Source: Vitrella brassicaformis CCMP3155 (taxonomy: Eukaryota; Protista; Chromerida). Taken from it: 18,452 nt of DNA. How positions within the stretch are numbered: the stretch's first letter is position 1; every line of letters begins with the position of its first letter. Made by a program: the position numbers and the translations under genes. Positions 1-8,888 of the stretch are shown here, piece by piece. The notes under the pieces are model-generated. The model was given only the letters and a program-made list of their open reading frames with translations, did no database searches and was not told the origin of the DNA. Where the stretch lies: NCBI GenBank assembly GCA_001179505.1, contig CDMY01000808.1, positions 1 to 18,452 on the forward strand, read 5' to 3'.

Positions 1-308
1 AGCAAACCCTGATCGGACGCTTCTTGCCCACTGGGCGAGCCACAGCAAAAACGTCAGGCCCGGTTGCATTGACAATTCATTTCGTACCATCGTCGTGCCT
101 CCTGCATCTCTCGCGTCAGTCATCACTCATTGGCGAGCTTGAAGCACACTGATCGCTCTTGCTGCGGATGGGAAGCGATGCGAAGATGGACGAACGCCGC
201 GGCTAAAGCTATCCCGATGGAGAAATTCTCGCCGAGACGGCCAGGATGAGACGGCCCCCGCGAGTTCAAAGAAAAAGAACGAGAGCGTCATCAAAACGCC
301 CTCCCGTG

Positions 309-1021
309 ATGTCCTCTAGCTCTCTCTCAGCTCGGGACCTCATCCTCACTCCTCTATCCACTTGTGTTGTGTGCCTTTTCTGGTCAGACCTTCTCCAAGT
401 GCCCCGCCCGTCCCCCTGGTGCTGCCTACGATGCCTTTATGTTCGTGCGGATGGCGGTGAAGGGCCTGTGGCACATCACCCACTCCCACCGATGCATGCT
501 GATGCTTGTTCTCATCTGCTGCGACGTCTTCTTATCCAGGACCATATTCGAGCCTCCGACACGCCCCTTGCCTCGCAATCCGCCCCCTCATTCAGCCAGT
601 CGCACACCTTATCAACCTCACCTGCCGTCCCGCACTATTTGGGCGTTTGAGCGGAGACGAGGATGCGATGGAGGACTTCATTCAGGTGGTGAAGGACAAC
701 AAGGACCGGATGAGAAGAGATGAGAGAGTGTTCACCGAGGGAGGCGTCGACTACGTGTGGATGGGCGAGGACACACTAGTATACGGCATCGGCTGTCTCG
801 TCAAAGAGATTCTGCTGGGCCTCGAGCCTCTAAAGGAGGTACAGCCGCCGCCGGATGAAGAAACGGAGACGACGAGACTTGCGAGGGAGGCAAAGGAGGC
901 GGAGGAAGCAGAGGAGACGCAGACTGTTGCAGCGCTGTACGTCAAAGCGGCACTGCAGCTCAAGGATACAACTGATCAGGCGATCGGCATGCTCACCGCC
1001 CCCCCCACACAGGCCAGATGA
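309..1021 (+). CDS. Hypothetical protein, probably 2 exons, charged helical C-terminus; 5' structure uncertain
   Basis: Exon 540-1021 reads as natural protein (LFGRLSGDEDAMEDFIQVVKDNK...LAREAKEAEEAEETQ) after a ccag acceptor. A phase-compatible GT donor near 457 links it to the frame starting ATG 309. No family recognised. Confidence 0.4.
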
Positions 1022-1071
1022 TTCTCTTACCAAGCTACAGCGTATCTATACTGGGTGAAGACCGTGATGTC

Positions 1072-2032
1072 ATGGCTGACAAACCTTGTGCATCGCGCAT
1101 GCCACCCGAACCCGGCCAATCGCATAAGTCTCGAGCAGATGCAGGAGAGCTTCCGAGAGCTGTCGACGAGTATTTCAGCACAGATCACTGTCTGATGTCA
1201 GTGTCTAGTGTACATCACTGGACGGCAACAATGGGAGAGCTCATGCGTCAGGCAATCTTGATGTCGGTAAGTGAGGAAAAGAAGAATTGAGCCAATAGAG
1301 TGGTCACATAATTCGTGTGTACCATTCTCTGCATCCATGCACGTCAGTGCCGTTGGGGGAGCCATTCGTGTCGACAGACGTGAGGGCAGAAGGCGTCTCA
1401 CCACCAGCATCCGTGACACCGAGGGATACGGAGACCAATGGGAAGAATTCTGGTCAGTCGCTACGACCAACTGAGTCCCTCGCAACCCATTCCATCGGCG
1501 TTGACGATAGGACAGCTCCCTCTCAGGCCAACACCAACACACACGCTGCTGGAGAAGTTCAAAAGGAGCTCCCTGCCTCGCCCAGTGCCATGAGACAGAT
1601 GCGAGAGTCTATCTGCCACGCAAAGCCATTCGTGACGACGCGACAAATCCCGTGAGGCTTGAGCCGACAAAGGATGCCGTTGCTCTGTGGGAGTATCAAC
1701 GACGGAAGGCCGCACTCAGGGCAGAGATGCGAAGGGCAAATACACAATGGCTGCCTGATGTCTCAAGGCAAAAACATGATCATGCTTGCTTGCTGCTTGC
1801 GCACGTGCCATGTTTGTCATCAGGCTGAACGGTTGCAGGCCGAGAATACTGCACTGAAGGCGATGGTGAGAAGCGATACAGGCGCCACTCGTTGTAATCC
1901 GGGTGCTCTCTGCGTTGTATGTGGCTTTTCGTTACATATTAGGCTGACAAGGAGAGACAGGAGAAGGCGCAAGAGAGGACCGGAGCACCACTGAGCAGAT
2001 CAACAAGAACAGCGCTGCCAAGGGAGAGCTGA
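1072..2032 (+). CDS. Hypothetical coiled-coil protein, multi-exon, 5' exons uncertain; 3' end is chimeric with the duplicated block
   Basis: 3' exons join in phase 0: ...ALWEYQRRKAALRAEMRR | AERLQAENTALKAM | ADKERQEKAQE. This uses a putative GC-AG intron (1736-1823) and a GT-AG intron ending attag. The frame ends at TGA 2030-2032 inside the duplicated segment. Upstream frames are ambiguous. Confidence 0.35.
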
Positions 2033-2784
2033 TCGCAGGGATCGGTACCATCACCAGACGCACAGCACTCTCACGCGCATTTTGCCGCGTCCTTCTGGTT
2101 CAGAAAGTCTTCAGAGGATAGTTGCGTCCGGAGTGATGATCAAAGTGCAGTCGGCAGACGGAGAGCTGGTGGAGATCCCTCTCGAGGCGGCCCGGAGGTC
2201 AAACGTCGTCAAAGGCATCCTGGAGGGTGAGCAGAATCAATGCATTGACGGGCTTGCGAGTGGGTGCATTGTATGCAGCGCATTGCTTTCATCTGTGCAG
2301 GTGCTTCGGATGAGAGTCAGATCACTCTCCCCATCGATGCGCATCTGCTGAACATGGTATTTCACAAGTACTGCGGTCACTATGCTGGCAGGGAGATCCC
2401 TGTCATCAAGCCGCCACTGCAGTCGACGGACCACATCGGAGAAGTGAGTCATTATGACACACATACACGGCGGATGCGTGTGAGTGAGTGTCTGTGTGTG
2501 TGAGGATGAGTGTCTGTGTGTCGGTTCCTTGGTTGGCGTGTCATGTCAGGTGCTGCTGCTTGAGCGAGAGGTGCTGGGCACAGCCGATCGGCAAGAGCTG
2601 TACCAAGTCATGAAGGTACGTGACCGATATGGTACCCCATCCATCCATCGTCTGGTTGCGGTCATGCCTTCATTGCTGCATGCATCAGGCTGCTGATTGC
2701 TTGGACTTGCAATCGCTCCTACAGCTGACGTATGCCGCCATGGCGTGTCACATCAGGGTAGGTACGGCCACACACAGAGAGGCA
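1984..2784 (+). pseudogene. SKP1-like: Truncated duplicate of the Skp1 part of the 8889-12412 gene (Skp1 exons 2136-2226, 2301-2443, 2550-2615, 2689-2757)
   Basis: Spliced translation MIKVQSADGELVEIPLEAARRSNVVKGILE...AADCLDLQSLLQLTYAAMACHIR matches Skp1 family motifs. It aligns by eye, introns included, with 9051-9860. Homology stops inside an intron, so the SPQEIKDTF exon and everything downstream are missing. Confidence 0.8.
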
Positions 2785-2836
2785 TTGATCACACGTGATA
2801 CAGAGGCATTTTTCCCGTGGGGGCTCGTACATCGGC

Positions 2837-2896
2837 CAGTTTGACCAGACGGGGCCAGCTGTGGCCTTAAGCAAGCGGTCCCGTCTGGTCAAACTG
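2837..2896. repeat. Perfect 17-bp inverted repeat with 26-nt spacer
   Basis: CAGTTTGACCAGACGGG (2837-2853) and CCCGTCTGGTCAAACTG (2880-2896) are exact reverse complements. A small GGCCA-gctg-TGGCC hairpin lies between them, overlapping the inner edge of the left arm. Confidence 0.95.
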
Positions 2897-3248
2897 TAAG
2901 GGGCACACGTATGAGGTGCAGCTGTCCTTGAGGGACGCTTTGTATTTGTGTTGTTTGGGTACGTGCAACGACAGACAAGAGTGCGTGTCGATGGCAGTGC
3001 GTGAGAAGACCGGGCTGTATTGCGATGGCGGGCAACGTGCGTGTGGGCATAAGCAGCATCTTTTCTTTTATCGTTGCCTACACTTTATATCTGACTGTTC
3101 TCCTTTCATCGGAGAGACACGTATCTGATGCATGCCTGATGCATTAATGAGACTTCGAAAAATGTCCACACCCAGAAAATTGTCAACGAAGGCCTTTCAG
3201 CGTGCGCACATCAATGGCCGTATCCATCTCTCCTTTATTCCAATCAAA

Positions 3249-4620
3249 TCAGCTCGAGACAGGCTGGCCGTTCTTCCACTGCCCCTGGCCCACCAGCTTG
3301 CCCTTGTTGTCGTAGCGGCAGAATGTGCCACTCACAAAGCTGCCGGCGTGCCACTCGCCCTCGAACTTCTTGCCGCCCGTCCCGTGGTCGTACTCGATGC
3401 CGTAGCCATGACGTTGGCCGTCCGCCCACTCTCCCTGGTACCTGCGGGCACAGAAGAGAAAGATGGACTTATGTATGTTGGCGGCGGCAGGATGGTGTGA
3501 TCTCGCTGCTCACCAGACAGTGCATCCGTCCTCGTAGAACATTGTGCCCTGGCCCTCTTTCTTGCCCTTGGACCATGCCCCTTCATAGGCCTTGTGGTGG
3601 GCGAAGGTACGGCCGCCCAGCTCTGGACGAGGACCGTAGTAATCACCTGGAGAAAGACACACAGGACACACATGCATTTCTCTCACGTCTTCTCGAGTCA
3701 GAGAAACCGTATTCGGTGCCGTGTCCGTGTCTCAGCCCATCAAGAAAGCCTCCCTTGTATTTGACGTTGCCCTGCATTGAGAACAGGACAAGGGAAACAG
3801 CCGGCTGATGCATTGGAAGGAGCGGCATCCGGGAATCCGTGTCTCGCTCACGTTGTGGAAGTGTTCGATGACCTCCTCGCTCTCGTCGATCTGGTCGTCC
3901 TTCCACTGGCACTTGAAGTGAGGGTTGCCGTTCGGAAAATAGGCGATGCCGACTCCGTTGCGCATTCCCTTGCTCCACTGGCCCTCGTACTCTTTCTTGT
4001 TGACCAAATCGCCGTCTCCTTCGTAGTACTTGATGCCCTTGCCGTGGAACACACCCTCGCGCCACTCTGAGGAACACAAGGAGGAATCAAAGTCTCTGCA
4101 TTCCTGTCGGATTGAGGTTCTGTTTTCGCACCTCCCTCGTAGCGCTTGGCATTGGGGGGCACATCAGGATTGGAAGTGATGCCCGCAGACAGGACGCCCC
4201 AGCCCTCAGGCACCTGCAGCCACTCACACAGTGCATCCCTCCCACAACGAATGAGGGATGCTCTCTGCTTAAGCTGACCCCTTTGCGAGCGGTGCCCTCG
4301 TATTTGCCGTCCATGTGCTCCAGGATGGTCGTCAGCCCGTCGTGTCGCGGCGTGGGGGAGTAGTTCTCGAGGGGCACAAGGCGCTTCAGACGCTCGTTCT
4401 CCTTCTGAAGGACGGCAAGCTCAGCGCGGGCGAGGTCGCGCTCGCGGACGGCTTCCATCTTGAGGCGGGTCTCTTCGAGCAGACGCTCATGGAGGAGTCC
4501 CTTCTCGACGTGCAGGTTGTGCAGCTGGTCTTTGAGTTTGTCGGTTGTCATGTCGCTGCTGGTGGGGAGCACCATGGCCTGGTGGTGCGTGTGCATCGGA
4601 GTGGGAGTTCCCGGCTGCAT
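3249..4620 (-). CDS. MORN-repeat protein with N-terminal coiled coil (copy A, 6 exons)
   Basis: Phase-consistent GT-AG splicing gives repeated Y-x-G-x-W-x-x-G-x-x-x-G-x-G motifs (YEGQWSKGMRNGVG, YKGGFLDGLRHGHG, YEGAWSKGKKEGQG, YQGEWADGQRHGYG). ATG at 4620, TGA at 3249-3251. Confidence 0.88.
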
Positions 4621-4862
4621 GGCTGCTCTTCAAACGACGTGAAGGTCCGGGAGTGGCTCAACAAAGCTTGGGGTAGAATCGGTATCCAAGGACCGTTGAA
4701 TGGCGCTTTGCTAATGGCGCTTCCGAGTCGTCGGTGATGGGGGGCCGCCCCCACCGTTTGCGAGCTCAAAAATCAGAAAACAGCGTAAATTCCGCCACCC
4801 GGCTTCTTTATGCTGCACCCCTTGAGGCTACAACAACAGCTGGGCATCTTTCTGCTCTGACA

Positions 4863-4888
4863 CCATCCATCCATCCATCCATCCATCC
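4863..4888. repeat. (CCAT)n microsatellite directly before the RING-gene ATG
   Basis: Run of ccat units ending just before ATG 4891. Confidence 0.9.
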
Positions 4889-4890
4889 AG

Positions 4891-6683
4891 ATGGGTGCCC
4901 GTCAGTCGCGTGGAAGTGAGGAGGATAATGAGTGGTGGGAGTGCGCCGAGGAGGAGGCCGAGAACGTCACGAGCGGCGGCATCCATGTGCGACAGAGGAC
5001 CTGCCTTCACCAGCCGGTACCGGCTACGCCACAAGGTCCCCCCGTCTTCCTGTTCTTCCCACTTAGCGGAGGGCGGCCGACGGCAGTCGACGGCCAGCGA
5101 GGAGAACAACATCATCAGTTGCAGCAGCAGCAAGAGCAGGCCGCCCCTCCCTCACGGCCACCGCGCGTACGCATCGTCGAAGGCAAGGCTCCCGTTCCGC
5201 AACCCCCGCACCACCTGGGCAGACGGCAGGTGTGGCGACCAGTCAACCGGCAGCCATCGGCGGCCGCCGCACTCACGGGGCGACCTGCCAGCCAAGCTAT
5301 AGCGCCACCACCACCACCACCGCCACCACCACAGACGACCACGCGCGTCTGGCGACCCAAATGTCCGCCGACTGCCCCTGAGGCCCCTACGCGGCTTTCA
5401 CCACAGCTTCGAGCCACGGGGGCACCGACGCAAATCTGGACTCCCGTGGCCCCCTCACGACGCGGCGGCAGGAACCCACCAGCAGGAGGCAGACGCCCAT
5501 ACCAACAGGTCGAGGGCGGCAACACCACCACCACCACCACCAACACTGGGGCACCTGAGGGCCGACCACGGACCATCCCTCAGGTCCTACAGCCGACACC
5601 ACGGGCGAGGCGTTGCCATTGGAGGAGCAGGAGCCCGCTGTGGAACCTTCACCCATTGCCCCTGCTGCTGAGGTCGGTTTTGATGAAGGTGTTGATGGAC
5701 GCAGCAGTAGCTCTGGTAGGTAAACAAACAAACAAACAAGGACATGCAGAGGGAGGGGGAGAGGGAGGGTAGGGTACTGTACACGTGTGCGTGTGTCTGA
5801 GTGTGGTGTGCGTCATTCAGGTGATGACGATGATAGCCCAAATGTCGTCGCCTTCTTGGCCCCGCCGTGCCAGGCGCGCCCTCCCCCTCCACCGCCCCCA
5901 GCCCCGCAAACACCGCTATCTGCGCGTCAAAGTACGGCCGATTATCGGCATCTAGCAGCATCGAGCAGCCGCCGTGATAGTCGTAGCAGCAGGCAGCCAT
6001 TTCCTCCGATGCTGCCACCGCCCCCTCCGCCTCGCCCCTCTCCTCCCCAGGCCCCCGCACATCCCCTCATCTTTCGACCTGGGCGCACCGTCTCGACGTA
6101 CGTCAGCGAGTGTTCGTGTGTTGCACGTGTGTGGGTGTCACTTTTTCTCCTTTCAGCGCGTCTTCGGCTGTCGGTGCCTGGGAGGGTGAGCAGGTGTTGG
6201 ACCAGATGTGCTGGCAGATGGAGCAGAGGGAGAGGGAGACCAAGGAGAGGGAGGAGGCGCTGATACGGCAGCTGCAAGAGGCCCAGTGGAGGTCGGTCAG
6301 CATGGGCGGATCGCATGAGACACAATCGGGGGGGCGAGATTCATTCTGTGTGTGTCTGTTTTGTGCAATGCATTGCCTTGCTTGCCCTGCAGGCTTGCTA
6401 GTGTGGCGGATGGCGCAGAGAACATGAAGTGCGCTGTCTGCATGACATTCCGCAAGAACGTTTTACTCCTACCATGTGTAAGCACGCATACACACACATA
6501 CTCGCGATGCATGCCTGCGTTCATCTTTGTGTTGTCTTTCTATCCCTTCCGTGGCCTACAATGCAGCATCACTTGTGTCTGTGTGGCAGGTGTGCTGGTT
6601 TCATTATGGGCGGCCCCATGGCTGAGCGGCATTGCCCCATCTGCCGACAGCATATAACAGACGCCAAACAAGTGTACCTCTGA
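4891..6683 (+). CDS. Pro-rich, coiled-coil, C-terminal RING-HC (C3HC4) E3 ubiquitin ligase-like protein with an apparent 1-nt frameshift at 5559-5561 (pseudogene or sequencing indel)
   Basis: Last exons splice to CAVCMTFRKNVLLLPC|HHLCLCGRC...CPICRQHITDAKQVYL*, the C-terminal RING type seen in MGRN1/XIAP/MDM2-like ligases. The preceding exon EQRERETKEREEALIRQLQE is coiled-coil-like. N-terminal MG could be a myristoylation site (inference). Confidence 0.8.
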
Positions 6684-7152
6684 CAGCGAAAGATAGAGAG
6701 AGAGAGAGAGGGAATGTTGTCTAGCAGAGGGCCTCAGATAGGGATGAAGGCATTGTGTCTTCGATATGCCGTCCATAGGGACATTCGGACATTGATTCGC
6801 GGATGTGCATGCTACTGTATTTGTTAGTTGTCTTGTGTACACAGCGGACGATCCACATGTGTGATTGCATCTGTCTGCGCGTGTCAGTTTCAGAGCCGAG
6901 ACATTGATTCGGCCAGGCAACCCATGTATTCACAATCCACCTCACCCCGGCAGCGACCCGCACCAGCCAAGCCAGTCTGTTTATCCACGCATGCAATCAA
7001 ATCAGTGCGACAAGCCAGTCTGCACACTCACACACACACACACACACAGTACTCGCCCGCCTCTCGCACGCACATCGTCTTGTCTGTTGTCTCCACCTCA
7101 CGCCCATCCACCCACTCTCTCCCCCATCTACGCTCTGTCCTCTCTCACCTAC

Positions 7153-8408
7153 CTATGCTCCCGTCCCCAGCACCTCCGTCATGGCAGAGCGGGTGCGGTC
7201 ATGGGGCTGTAGCTCTGACGTGTACACATCAACGCGGTACTCATGCCCACCACCACTGAGCCTACCCTCCCGCTCAACCACGATGGCCGCTATGTGCCCC
7301 TCCCCCAGGACCTCAGAGCCCAACACCACCAGCCGCGTGTGATTCACCCCGCCCTCCTCCCGCCTCTTGTCGAACACCGCAGCGCGACCGCCCCACTGCG
7401 GCCCGCAACCCACCGCTAGCAGCTGGTGCACATGATGGGTTGCATCCAAGGTGTCCCGGCGGGCGAGAGTGAATCGCATGTGTGGGGACCGGAAGTTGCG
7501 TAGCCAATCGAAGAGGACGAATGCGACCATGCAGGCATACGTCCGGTATGTGTAGCCGTCCAGCTGTGTGGGGGGGTTGTCGGGCTCGAATGTGGCGGGG
7601 GAGAAGAGGGGGCTAGGCGAGTCGAGGAGGCGGGGCTGCACGTAGCGGTCACTGATAAAGACGCGGATGGCGTTGTTCCTCATCAGAGGGTGCCAACTGC
7701 ATCCTCTTCCTAGCAGCACCCAAGTGGCGTCCGACTCGACACAAACATACACCATCCGGCTGAGAATTGTCCACTGGCGGGGCGCCTCCCTCTCGCTGAG
7801 GAACTCCTGGGGGCTCCCGAACACACCGAAGTGCTCATCGACGAGATGCACCGGCCTCCCCTCTTGCAGCCAGCGGATCATCGTCAGGTGCGGTATCCAT
7901 CTGCGCCAGTTGCCGCCATGTGCGAGGATGAAGAGCCGCTGCATGAGCATGTTGGTGGCCATAGCGACGGCCGTGCCGTGTGCCAGCTGTGGGAGCGGCA
8001 CCTGGATGAAGACGCCGAGGCCGAGGGACGCCACGACGATGGGCCAGAGGCGCATGAGTATGGGCAGCAGGAGGGCGGGTGTGAAGAAGGCCGGATGGGC
8101 CTCGATGAGCGACTCCAGCTGGGAATAGCTCCTGACGTATTGGGCGACAGAGGCCGTCAGCACCTGAGGCACCTCGGAGGCATCGAGGCTACCCTGCTGC
8201 TGCTGGTGGTGCTGGTGGGACGATGCACTGCTGCTGGCAGCTGAATCAACACACACACACAGACATACAGACAGGTGTGTGTGGGTGGATGGCTATGTCT
8301 TGTGTGCAGTGGTGATGCCGCCGCTCTAGGATTACCAGCAGGAGCAGCAGCAGCCGACGCTGCGGATGATGATGCTGTTCCAGAAGCTCCATCACGAGTA
8401 CCCGACAT
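7153..8408 (-). CDS. Hypothetical protein of a lineage-expanded (Vitrella-type) family, 2 exons
   Basis: Long open exon (about 360 codons) with motifs HGGNWRRW, FGVFG and RLVVLG...VYTSE. A short first exon MSGTRDGASGT...APA joins through a phase-1 gtaatc...ttcag intron. Family assignment is from recollection, not from a search. Confidence 0.75.
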
Positions 8409-8888
8409 CTGAGAGATACACACACAAAGCGTATGATTCAAACCGCTCAGTCACTGCATCGGTTGCCTCTCCTGTTATGCAGCTTCCCTCTCTGCCTCGC
8501 CGTACATACCTGGATTGGTTGACTCCTCGGTGTGCCAAACAGAATCCCTCAGCAATATTGCCAGCTACACGAACGATATGACCTGCAGCATCAAACAGCA
8601 GACAGCCATGCACAGAGCCGTGTGTGATCTAATGCTCATCTCGTCAGCTCCTCTCATGGCAGCATTCTTACCTCAATTGGTCAGAGTAGCGTCATCCGCT
8701 GGAGATGGCCGCGGCGCTACCGATCGATATCATCTGTACGGCTCTCGTTGGCCCACAATAGGTACTCCGGGGCCGCTTATCCTCAATCAAAGAACATCCC
8801 CCATTTCTCTTTTCGCGAGCTTGAGGCGAGCTTGTATGCGAGGGGACCTGAGTTTGGACAAGGGAAGGCATGCATAGTGAAACTGCCC

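Noticed and set aside
4-10. AAACCCT, a telomere-like heptamer at the window start
   Set aside because: Single copy, no tandem array.
2837-2915. Hairpin as a canonical Helitron 3' end
   Set aside because: No CTRR about 10-12 nt downstream of the stem on either strand, and no Rep/helicase in the window.
3132-4737. Plus-strand ORFs opposite the MORN genes, and most other short ORFs in the track
   Set aside because: They are antisense shadows of GC-rich coding exons or translations of intronic microsatellites (CVCV/HTHT runs).
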